A stretch of 64,000 bases of DNA from contig JBFMGC010000001.1 in assembly GCA_040752815.1 (NCBI GenBank), positions 16,449 to 80,448 of the forward strand. The letters are read 5' to 3'. This document shows, in pieces, positions 23,129 to 31,090 of the stretch. A model generated the notes under the pieces. The model was given only the letters and a program-made list of their open reading frames with translations. It was not told the origin of the DNA and did no database searches. Every line of letters starts with the position of its first letter. Within the stretch, counting starts at the first letter, position 1. This stretch comes from Candidatus Zixiibacteriota bacterium. GTDB lineage: Bacteria; Zixibacteria; MSB-5A5; GN15; FEB-12. The position numbers and the translations under genes are program-made.

Positions 23129-25528
23129 TCAGGGACAGGTTGGTAATATCAGCGACGGTCCGGTGACAAACAAATAGTCGATCAGTATGGTCGCATCCAC
23201 AATTGAGACATCCTCCGACACCGGGTCGGCCCCGCCCGACTGGTTGACATCAGCCTCAGTCAGGCACGCGACCGGTTCCTGGGTGATGAACAGATAGTCC
23301 ACCAGGCGGGTCACATCGGCAATTGTCGGCACGTCCCCTCCGTCGCCGTCAACATCGCCCACAATTCCGATACAGCAGCCAAGACGAATCGAGCCTGATG
23401 TTGTCGCTGTCACGTACTCATAGGTGTCGGCGCGAAAACTGGGGGCGTAACTGCCATACGTGACAAATGTAACCGGATTGGTCGCGGTACCGAACTGAAG
23501 AGGTACCCTGAACCACAGACTGACCACCGGACCGCTCCCCGGCGCCAGGGCCGGCTCCTGTTCCGTGTTGGGTGTTCTGAGCGAGATGGTCGCCCGTTTC
23601 TGGGCCAGGGCAATGCTGATGATACTCTGTGTGGGGAAATACGACGTTCTAAGGCCGGCGGTGGAAAACGAGTCAAAAGACATTCCCAGTGGACCGTCCC
23701 ACGAGAACGGGACTTCAATCTGGTTTACCGGCAGAAAATTGCGGGCGTAGACATCCATGCGCACGCGTGAGCCGGCCTGGACCTGTATGTTTGGCAGGGC
23801 CAGTGAGTCAGAGTGGGCCAAAACCATACCGGGAATTGTACGAGTGAACTGACCCTCCTCGGTGCCAATGGTAAGCGAAACGTTGTATATCCCGGGATCA
23901 GCATACTCATGGGCAGGGGTGGAATCGTCGGACAAGGCCCCATCGCCAAAGTCCCAGGTCAGCGCCGAAGCCGGCAGCAAAGATGAATTCGCGAAAGTGA
24001 CTGTAAGCGGTGCCTGTCCGCGCGTGGTATCCGCCGAGAACGCCACCGGCCAGGTGAGGGCCTTGCCCAGGTCGATGGTCCCCCAGCCGTAGGAGTTATC
24101 GGGACTGGCCGCCCGCGTTGCGGTGGCTTTGAGCGCCTCGCGCACCTGGCGGGCGGTAAGTTCAGGGCGGGCTTCGATTAAAAGGCAAGCCGCCCCGGCA
24201 ATCAGAGGTGCCGACAGTGACGTGCCGCTGGCGTAGGCGTAACTCTGATCCCCGGATGCCGACGCGCCGTAAGTATCCACACCCAGCGCGCACACCTCGG
24301 GTTTGATACGGCCGTCGAAAGTCGGCCCGCGCGACGAAAACGACGCTACAAAGCCACTGGTGTTCACCGCACCGGCGGCCAGAATGTCAAACGCGTCAGC
24401 GGGCGCCGAAATCGTGCCAGGCAAATACCCGGCGTTGCCGGCAGAAACCACCAGCACGATACCGAGCGCGTCGCAGGTGTTGGCCGCGAGCGTAATCACC
24501 GCCGTGCGACCGTCCATGTCGGAGTAAGTGTACCAGTCGGAATAACCGAGCGAAGTGGAGATTACATCGGTCCCGATCGAGTCCGCGAACTCCAATGCGG
24601 CGACCCAGTTGTCTTCCTCCACCTGAGTCTCATCGGTAATATCCTCCGTCTTGCACAGAATGAAATCAGCGCCGTAGGCGGGGCCAATCAGCCTCCCTGG
24701 CGCGTAGCCGCCCGCCACCGACCAGGTCAGCGTGCCGTGATTCCACTGATTGGGCGAATCGCCCGGTTCCATGGAAGTGTTCGGGTCGTTCATCACGAAA
24801 TCGTATTCCGCGAGCACTCGCCCCGCAGCGACAGCGCCCGCTACCGCCGCGTGGGTCTTGCGATAACCGGTATCGGTCATTGTGAGCGCCACGCCCCGGC
24901 CCGTCAAACCCTGCGCATGAGCGGTCGCTACGTTTATCTGGTATATCTGCGCCTGGGACTGGCCATAGTCCAGTGCGTCCCCGGACATCGTGCCGCCTTG
25001 CGGGCCGGGGCGCTCATCCTCCCCAACCTCGAAAGGCCGTCGGAAGACAGCCACCGGTCGTACCTCGGCCACCATGGGAAGGGCCGCAAGGTCGGCCAGT
25101 CGGTCTATGGAAATATCAAAAGATGCGGCGTTGAGCCAACGGGACACACGGCGCACCGTGCCGCCAAGTGCCAAGACCTGACTTACATAGCTTGCCGAGA
25201 GGGGAAGATCGGCGAACTGCACGTCGGCCGCGCCCAAACGCATGCGACGACTCAAAGCGCGATCGGTTAAACGTACTCTCTTGGCCGCCGACAAAAACTC
25301 CGCGTGCGTCCAAACCCCCTTATCCGTAAAGAAAACCCAGACACGCGCAGTATCTTCATCGCGCCCCGCGAGGTACGAGAGGACTCTCTCGGGCACAAAC
25401 CCAGAGGCTTTTTGGCGGACAAATACTGTTTCTCCAGCTACGCCAGTCACGATTCCCCCGAGAATTACCGAGCAGGAGGCTAATATTGAGGTTACGGCGG
25501 TTAAGTGATGTCGACGCGGTAAGTACAT
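23129..25528 (-). CDS. Secreted subtilisin-family (S8) serine protease with PKD, cohesin-like and dockerin-like C-terminal modules
   Basis: S8 triad motifs MTDTGY (Asp), NHGTLTWSVAGG (His) and SGTSLSAPLIAGAAC (Ser). PKD: WDFGDGALSDDSTPAHEYADPGIYNVSLTI. Cohesin-like: IEVPFSWDGPLGMSFDSFST. Dockerin-like module at 23132-23377. Start ATG 25528 (MYLPRRHH..). Confidence 0.9.
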   Translation of the reverse strand: MYLPRRHHLTAVTSILASCSVILGGIVTGVAGETVFVRQKASGFVPERVLSYLAGRDEDTARVWVFFTDKGVWTHAEFLSAAKRVRLTDRALSRRMRLGAADVQFADLPLSASYVSQVLALGGTVRRVSRWLNAASFDISIDRLADLAALPMVAEVRPVAVFRRPFEVGEDERPGPQGGTMSGDALDYGQSQAQIYQINVATAHAQGLTGRGVALTMTDTGYRKTHAAVAGAVAAGRVLAEYDFVMNDPNTSMEPGDSPNQWNHGTLTWSVAGGYAPGRLIGPAYGADFILCKTEDITDETQVEEDNWVAALEFADSIGTDVISTSLGYSDWYTYSDMDGRTAVITLAANTCDALGIVLVVSAGNAGYLPGTISAPADAFDILAAGAVNTSGFVASFSSRGPTFDGRIKPEVCALGVDTYGASASGDQSYAYASGTSLSAPLIAGAACLLIEARPELTARQVREALKATATRAASPDNSYGWGTIDLGKALTWPVAFSADTTRGQAPLTVTFANSSLLPASALTWDFGDGALSDDSTPAHEYADPGIYNVSLTIGTEEGQFTRTIPGMVLAHSDSLALPNIQVQAGSRVRMDVYARNFLPVNQIEVPFSWDGPLGMSFDSFSTAGLRTSYFPTQSIISIALAQKRATISLRTPNTEQEPALAPGSGPVVSLWFRVPLQFGTATNPVTFVTYGSYAPSFRADTYEYVTATTSGSIRLGCCIGIVGDVDGDGGDVPTIADVTRLVDYLFITQEPVACLTEADVNQSGGADPVSEDVSIVDATILIDYLFVTGPSLILPTCP

Positions 25529-25622
25529 TTGCTTTCGATGCTCGGGAGTCCTATGTCTGCCAGCCCGCACTCGCCTACTTCAAGAAAACCGAGCCCGCTC
25601 AATTGTCAAGAAATATTCCTAA

Positions 25623-25638
25623 CTTGTTAATTAACAAG
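25623..25638. promoter_or_regulatory. Perfect 16-bp palindrome, candidate operator
   Basis: CTTGTTAATTAACAAG lies in the AT-rich divergent region between the S8 protease gene and the Fur/PerR-family gene. Confidence 0.4.
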
Positions 25639-25708
25639 GTGATAAATCGATGATACGGCCCCAATCAGGACCGGAACTTTTTCTGCGGTCCGCTGTTTAG
25701 TGCATAAC

Positions 25709-25727
25709 GATAATGATAACGATTTCT
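25709..25727. promoter_or_regulatory. Fur/PerR-box-like site upstream of the regulator gene
   Basis: GATAATGATAACGATTTCT matches 14 of 19 positions of the classical Fur box GATAATGATAATCATTATC. It lies 24 nt upstream of the perR-like ATG. Confidence 0.45.
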
Positions 25728-25750
25728 AATAAGGACAAGATCAGTCAGGT

Positions 25751-26173
25751 ATGACAGCCCGGCGCAACACCTTACAGAGGAAAATAATCCTCGAGGAGGT
25801 CCGGGGATCGCTCGAGCATCCGACCGCAGCCGAAGTGCACGCCGAGGTACGCAAGAGGATACCGCATATCAGCCTGGGTACTGTTTATCGGAACCTCGAT
25901 CTCCTGAGCCAGGAAGGGCTGATACGAAAACTCGAGCCGAATGGCCGCGAGGCGAGATTCGACGGCATACTGACACCCCACTATCATCTGCGATGCCGCG
26001 TTTGCGGCCGGATTGAAGATGTACTTGATCCGGTAACCGTTCGGGTGGATGGTGGCATTGATGAACCATCGGGCTGGCAGGTATTGATACCGCAAGTTGA
26101 ATTCGCAGGGCTCTGTCCCGACTGTGGGACGGGTTCCCAGGTTTCACCCAGGGACAACGCGACCAGAGAGTGA
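25751..26173 (+). CDS. perR: Fur-family transcriptional regulator, PerR-like by context
   Basis: HPTAAEVHAEVRKRIPHISLGTVYRNLDLLSQEGLI (winged helix), HYHLRCRVCG and CPDCG (structural Zn CxxC pairs). It heads an oxidative-stress gene cluster. Confidence 0.85.
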   Translation: MTARRNTLQRKIILEEVRGSLEHPTAAEVHAEVRKRIPHISLGTVYRNLDLLSQEGLIRKLEPNGREARFDGILTPHYHLRCRVCGRIEDVLDPVTVRVDGGIDEPSGWQVLIPQVEFAGLCPDCGTGSQVSPRDNATRE

Positions 26174-26363
26174 CATGTTACGGAGTGTAGCAGGACAGGA
26201 GATCCTCGGTATTGACAAGGAGTAGATTATCCGACATGCTGTGGTGAACGAGCTGCCGCCGGGCCGCCATGTGGGCAGGTGGCCAAGTATCTTACTCGCC
26301 ACAGCCAAGGGGCGCTCGATCATGACAAGAACCGGGTAAGGCAAAAAAGTTCCGGAGGAGCTA

Positions 26364-26867
26364 ATGACTCTCGAAAAAGCGATCAAGACAGCAATCGACT
26401 ATGAAATCAAGGTCCGCGACTCTTATCTGGCTTCGGTAAAGAAGATCCGCGACGAAACCGGGCGCCGGGTTTTCGAGGTGCTGGGGAAGGAAGAGCAGGG
26501 CCATATTGACTACCTGCAAGCAAAGCTTGCCGAATGGCAAAGCACGGGTCGGATCAAACCGGGAAAGCTTAACACGGTTGTGCCGGCGCGGAAGATAATC
26601 GACGCCGGAGTCAGAAAGCTGAGCGCCCACATATCGGCCAACGAGTACGATACGGAACTTGAGATGCTGCGTAAGGCGCTGGCTCTTGAGCAGGAAACGT
26701 CCGGTTTCTATCGCCGCATGGTTAGCCAGCTCAAGCAGGACGGCGAGCTGTTTGGCAGATTCCTCGAAATCGAGGAAGGTCACCAGGCGATCGTCCAGGC
26801 TGAGATAGACTATCTGACTCGCAGTGGTACGTTCTTCGACTTTCAGGAGTTCAATCTCGAAGACTGA
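26364..26867 (+). CDS. Rubrerythrin-family diiron four-helix-bundle protein lacking a rubredoxin domain (erythrin-like)
   Basis: Diiron ligands E (DYEIKV), ExxH (EEQGH), E (ALEQET), ExxH (EEGH). GGAGGAG lies 3 nt before the ATG. Confidence 0.8.
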   Translation: MTLEKAIKTAIDYEIKVRDSYLASVKKIRDETGRRVFEVLGKEEQGHIDYLQAKLAEWQSTGRIKPGKLNTVVPARKIIDAGVRKLSAHISANEYDTELEMLRKALALEQETSGFYRRMVSQLKQDGELFGRFLEIEEGHQAIVQAEIDYLTRSGTFFDFQEFNLED

Positions 26868-26883
26868 AGGCAGCCGGAATCGT

Positions 26884-27399
26884 ATGTTTGACGCAAAACA
26901 GGAAACCCTGGCCAAGGCGCTGCTCGACGCAATTCGCGCCGAGAAATACGGGCACAGTTTCTACCTGATGGCCGCAAACAGCACCCAGGATTCCCGAGGC
27001 AAGGAGGTGTTCGAGACTCTCGCGGCCGAGGAACTCGATCACGCCCGCTTCCTCCAGGCGCACTACGAATCGGTGCTCAAAACCGGCAAGCCGAGCCGTA
27101 GTGTTTCGCTGGGAGACCGAGCCGAACTGTCCGAGATATCGCCGATATTTTCGGATCAGCTGCGGGCACGCATCCAGGACGCGGCCTTTGAGATGACCTC
27201 GCTGTCTATCGGCATACAGCTCGAGAAGGACTCCATGGCGTATTACCGTGAGCAGGCCGAGAAGTCTCCCGACACGGAGATGAAGCAGATCTTCGAGTTC
27301 TTGTCGGACTGGGAAGCGGGGCATTATCGCGCGCTGCTCAGGCAGCACGACATGCTCAAAGAGGACTATTGGGCAGCCGGTGGCTTTGCGCCCTTCTGA
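26884..27399 (+). CDS. Rubrerythrin-family diiron protein (erythrin-like), paralogue 2
   Basis: E (RAEKYGHSFY), ExxH (EELDH), E (QLEKDSMAYY), ExxH (WEAGH). Start ATG 26884 (MFDAKQ). Confidence 0.8.
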   Translation: MFDAKQETLAKALLDAIRAEKYGHSFYLMAANSTQDSRGKEVFETLAAEELDHARFLQAHYESVLKTGKPSRSVSLGDRAELSEISPIFSDQLRARIQDAAFEMTSLSIGIQLEKDSMAYYREQAEKSPDTEMKQIFEFLSDWEAGHYRALLRQHDMLKEDYWAAGGFAPF

Positions 27400-27474
27400 G
27401 TGACAGGGCAGTTTGAAGATGAGGACTTTCGGATTTTCAATAGACGTACCGAATACCGGAAAGGAGCCATGAAG

Positions 27475-27852
27475 ATGGCTACCCAGAGGCTACAGATTTA
27501 TAGATGCAAGGTCTGTGGAAACATGGTGGATGTGGTTCACGCAGCGGGCGGCACCCTGGTCTGCTGCGGACAGAACATGTGGCTGTTGAAGGAAGGTGAG
27601 ACCGACGCCGCCACGGAGAAACATGTCCCCAAGGTCACGAAAATCGACGGGGGCTTCCGCGTGGCGGTCGGCGAGATCACCCATCCGATGGAAGAAAAGC
27701 ACTACATCGAGTGGATCGAGCTTGTCGCCGACGGCAAGGCGTACCGCGAGTTTTTGAAAGCGGGACAGCCGCCCGAAGCGACCTTTCACGTGGCGGCCGA
27801 TAACGTTTCCGCCCGTGAATTCTGCAACCTGCATGGACTATGGAAAGGATAA
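27475..27852 (+). CDS. dfx: Desulfoferrodoxin (2Fe superoxide reductase)
   Basis: Desulforedoxin-like N-terminus YRCKVCGNMVDVVHAAGGTLVCCGQNM. SOR centre II residues EKHVP, HPMEEKHYIEWI, CNLHGLW. AAGGAG lies 8 nt before ATG 27475. Confidence 0.92.
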   Translation: MATQRLQIYRCKVCGNMVDVVHAAGGTLVCCGQNMWLLKEGETDAATEKHVPKVTKIDGGFRVAVGEITHPMEEKHYIEWIELVADGKAYREFLKAGQPPEATFHVAADNVSAREFCNLHGLWKG

Positions 27853-27855
27853 GAC

Positions 27856-28368
27856 ATGATCAGCAAGAAGATGCAAGACGCATTCAACGACCAGATCGCC
27901 GCCGAGTTTTCGTCGGCGCATCTGTACCTGTCGATGGCGGCCTACCTCTACTCGATCGACCTGCCCGGTTTCGCCAACTGGATGCGGGTCCAATATCAGG
28001 AAGAGGTCTTCCACGGCATGAAAATGTTCGACTATGTAGTCGAGCGTGACGGGCGGGCGATAATCAAGACCTGGCCGGCTCCCGAGTCCGAGTGGAAAGG
28101 CCCACTTGACGTGTTCGAGGCGGTGTACAAACACGAGCAGAAAGTAACCAGCCTGATCATCAACCTGGTCGAAATCGCCCAGGCGGAGAAGGACCACGCC
28201 TCGCAGATATTCCTGCAGTGGTATGTCAACGAACAGGTCGAGGAAGAAGCCTCGGCGAACGCCCTCATCCAGCAGCTCAAGATGATCGGCGACTCGCGCG
28301 CGGCGTTGTTCCAGATCGATCGCGAACTTGCCCAGCGGACGTTTTCGGCCCCGAGCGAGACGGAATAG
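27856..28368 (+). CDS. ftn: Non-haem ferritin
   Basis: MQDAFNDQIAAEFSSAHLYLSMAAY, QYQEEVFHGMKMFDY, KHEQKVT and QWYVNEQVEEEA are ferroxidase-centre motifs. Confidence 0.9.
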   Translation: MISKKMQDAFNDQIAAEFSSAHLYLSMAAYLYSIDLPGFANWMRVQYQEEVFHGMKMFDYVVERDGRAIIKTWPAPESEWKGPLDVFEAVYKHEQKVTSLIINLVEIAQAEKDHASQIFLQWYVNEQVEEEASANALIQQLKMIGDSRAALFQIDRELAQRTFSAPSETE

Positions 28369-28432
28369 GGCCTATTAGTACAACCTGCTCGCGTGCTCGC
28401 GCGCGGGCAGGTTACTTGCTCGACTATTAAGT

Positions 28433-29128
28433 ATGGGGTCGCACATTCGCAAGGAAACCGTGCGGGAGCTTCTGCGCCGTCGCGATTGGGCGGCATTGAT
28501 CCAGTTGTCTCACGTAGAACGCGGTTTGCTCAGGACACTTGTATCATTCACTTTTGATCCCGACGAACTGGTGCGATTTCGGGCGGTGGAGGCGATAGGT
28601 GTTGCGTCGGGAGCCCTGGCCGAATCCAACGAAGAAAAAGTGCGGGATTTCATACGCCGGCAGCTCTGGCTGATGAACGACGAATCCGGCGGATTGTCTC
28701 CCCTCGCACCGGACATAATCGGCGAAGTACTGGTGCGAGTGTCAGGATTGGTCGACGAATTCGGCCCGCTGCTGATATCTTACCTGAGAGAATCGCCGTT
28801 TGAGCGCGGCACCCATGCGGCAATCGTCCGGCTGTCTGAACGCCGACCGGACTTATTCGTCAGCGCGGTAGGCGATCTCCGCCAATCACTTCATGACTCA
28901 GATCCGGCGGTGCGCGGCCTGGCTGTGCGGGCGTTGAGTATGATCGACCCGATCGGCTCGGCGCCACTTTTCGACGCCATGAAAGACGATCCCTCTGAAG
29001 TCGAGTGGTATGATTTTGATCGGGGCGATCTGATTCGTACCACTCTTGCCGATTTTATCGGCGGGGCCAGACAGGGATCGAATCCGACCGCCAGCCCGGT
29101 GCACCCGAATACGAGACAACAGATATGA
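28433..29128 (+). CDS. HEAT/armadillo-like repeat protein
   Basis: Repeated helical motifs: DELVRFRAVEAIGV, DPAVRGLAVRALSMID. No catalytic motif. Embedded in the oxidative-stress cluster. Confidence 0.55.
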   Translation: MGSHIRKETVRELLRRRDWAALIQLSHVERGLLRTLVSFTFDPDELVRFRAVEAIGVASGALAESNEEKVRDFIRRQLWLMNDESGGLSPLAPDIIGEVLVRVSGLVDEFGPLLISYLRESPFERGTHAAIVRLSERRPDLFVSAVGDLRQSLHDSDPAVRGLAVRALSMIDPIGSAPLFDAMKDDPSEVEWYDFDRGDLIRTTLADFIGGARQGSNPTASPVHPNTRQQI

Positions 29129-29304
29129 CAAGGGAGTTGACGCCGAAACGCCGGAAGCGTAATCTTCGCCGGTGCGGCCGCTTCGAGCGGGGCAAATGCG
29201 CCCGGTGCGAGCAGCCTGACGATGACGGCCACGTGTGCGACATAAAAAGAAAGCGCGGCGGTTTATCTACACCTTCGGAAGGAGACAGCGATGGACGTTT
29301 ATGA
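29125..29304 (+). CDS. Candidate small basic 4-Cys protein (59 aa)
   Basis: Its ATG overlaps the HEAT-gene stop (ATGA). Sequence MTRELTPKRRKRNLRRCGRFERGKCARCEQPDDDGHVCDIKRKRGG.., with third codon positions mostly G/C. It is one codon below the ORF-track cut-off. Confidence 0.3.
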   Translation: MTRELTPKRRKRNLRRCGRFERGKCARCEQPDDDGHVCDIKRKRGGLSTPSEGDSDGRL

Positions 29305-29782
29305 ACATGCCATGAAAATGGAACAGGATGGAAGGGCCTTCTATCTCGAACAGGCCGGCAAGACTGCCGAACCTGCGCTCAAGCGGATTCTGCAGGAGCT
29401 GGCCAACGACGAGCTCAAACACTACAACCTTTTCAGGGCGATGCGCGACCGCGAGAGTGCCGATTACAAAGACGCAGAAAAGACTACTATCATAACGACT
29501 GCCAAAAACGTGTTCGAGGAATTGAGCGAACGAGGGGGAACTATCGCGTTCTCCAATGATGTTCGCAAGCTGTGGGAATTCGCCTGCGAAGTGGAAAAGA
29601 AATCGGAGACTTTCTACCGGGAAAAGGCCGGGGAGATGAATGACGAAAGCCAGAAGCGGATTTGGAATCGAATTGCCGATGAGGAACACCGCCACTGGAA
29701 TACGATCGAGCTGGTGATCCAGTTCCTCGAACGGCCCAAACAGTGGCTAGCGGACGCCGAGTGGAACACCCTGGAGGATTAG
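29291..29782 (+). CDS. Rubrerythrin-family diiron protein (erythrin-like), paralogue 3
   Basis: E (MKMEQDGRAFY), ExxH (DELKH), E (EVEKKSETFY), ExxH (EEHRH). GGAAGGAGA lies 5 nt before the ATG. Confidence 0.8.
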   Translation: MDVYEHAMKMEQDGRAFYLEQAGKTAEPALKRILQELANDELKHYNLFRAMRDRESADYKDAEKTTIITTAKNVFEELSERGGTIAFSNDVRKLWEFACEVEKKSETFYREKAGEMNDESQKRIWNRIADEEHRHWNTIELVIQFLERPKQWLADAEWNTLED

Positions 29783-29845
29783 TTCACTCGGCATTGAGGT
29801 TCACTTCCGCGGCCCCAACCACGTGACTGCTGCATCGACGCCAGG

Positions 29846-30670
29846 ATGGCTGAAAAAACACTGAACGCTCTGGTTACCCAGAGAATCGAAATCACTCCCG
29901 GCCTTATCAAACTGCGGGTCGTGCCGCAGGGATGGGAATTGCCGGAGTTTTCGCCCGGCCAGTATGCCACTCTGGGCCTGCCCGGTACGACGCCGCGCAT
30001 TGCGCTGGCGGAGCCGGAAGAACGGCCGCCGCTCGATCCGAGCAAAATGGTGATGCGGGCCTATTCGATCGCGTCTTCGTCGGTCGCGCGGGAGTTCCTT
30101 GAGTTCTATGTGGGCCTGGTGCGAACCGGATCGCTCTCGCCGCGCCTTTTCGGCCTCAAGCCGGGCGATGCGCTCTGGATGTCTAATCGCTTTCGCGGCA
30201 TGTTCACATTGGCGGAAGTGCCCGAAGGGTTTCACGCTGTTCTTATCGCCACCGGCACCGGCGTGGCACCTTACATGAGCATGATTCGTACCGAAATCAC
30301 CCAGGGACTCAAGCGCCGCTTTGCGGTGTTTCACGGGGCCTATCATTCGTCTGATCTGGGCTATCACTCTGAACTGACCACGCTGGACGCTGTCAGCCCG
30401 AATTTCACATACATCGCCACGCTCAGCCACGCCCACGAAGAACCGGTGCCCTGGAAAGGCCATCAGGGCTTTGTACAGAAACTCTGGAACGACCGAATAC
30501 TGGACAAGGTATGGGGCTTCCGCCCTGGCCCGGACAATACACACGTATTCCTGTGCGGAAACCCATACATGATAGAAGAAATGACTGAAATCCTGCTTGG
30601 AGAGGGATTCACCAGCCATTCCAAGGGCACACCGGGGCAAATTCATTCCGAGCAGTTTTTCGTAAAATAG
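29846..30670 (+). CDS. Ferredoxin-NADP+ reductase-type flavoprotein (FNR/Fpr family)
   Basis: FAD motif RAYSIASS and NAD(P) motif GTGVAPYMSMI. Size and order fit the plant-type FNR fold. Confidence 0.85.
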   Translation: MAEKTLNALVTQRIEITPGLIKLRVVPQGWELPEFSPGQYATLGLPGTTPRIALAEPEERPPLDPSKMVMRAYSIASSSVAREFLEFYVGLVRTGSLSPRLFGLKPGDALWMSNRFRGMFTLAEVPEGFHAVLIATGTGVAPYMSMIRTEITQGLKRRFAVFHGAYHSSDLGYHSELTTLDAVSPNFTYIATLSHAHEEPVPWKGHQGFVQKLWNDRILDKVWGFRPGPDNTHVFLCGNPYMIEEMTEILLGEGFTSHSKGTPGQIHSEQFFVK

Positions 30671-30829
30671 GCTCTCGCCATGCGCGCTTCAGCGCTCGCC
30701 GCTCGTCTCGGCTAACCTGCTGAGCGATTGGCGATTGGCGGCTGCGGATCGCACGCCACGAAGGCAAGAATAGCGGGAACTTTTGTTCGATGGGCCAATT
30801 TATAACTCTGATGTTTGGAAAGAGGTGCC

Positions 30830-31003
30830 ATGGGAAGGTATGTTTGTGACTCCTGTGGGTGGGTTTACGATCCCGAGCATGGAGTCCCTGAGCTTGATAT
30901 CGAGCCGGGTCTGCCGTTTGAGGACCTGCCCGATGAATTCGCTTGCCCTGAATGCGGCGCCGGTAAAGAAGAGTTGTACCCGGAAGAGCTGGAGCTGCGA
31001 TAG
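30830..31003 (+). CDS. Rubredoxin
   Basis: [31 protein letters not shown] carries two CxxCG knuckles. Confidence 0.92.
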   Translation: MGRYVCDSCGWVYDPEHGVPELDIEPGLPFEDLPDEFACPECGAGKEELYPEELELR

Positions 31004-31090
31004 ACCCGGGTCAGAGGACGACCCGTCGAACCAGTTTGACCGATCTACGCGACTGAGCGAAAAGGCCACCCGACGAGACAGAGTGAATCC

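Noticed and set aside
26824-26883. Upstream extension of erythrin 2 (ORF-track start 26824), overlapping erythrin 1 by 44 nt.
   Set aside because: The extension (MVRSSTFRSSISKTEGSRNR) is not part of the four-helix bundle. ATG 26884 gives a protein collinear with the two paralogues.
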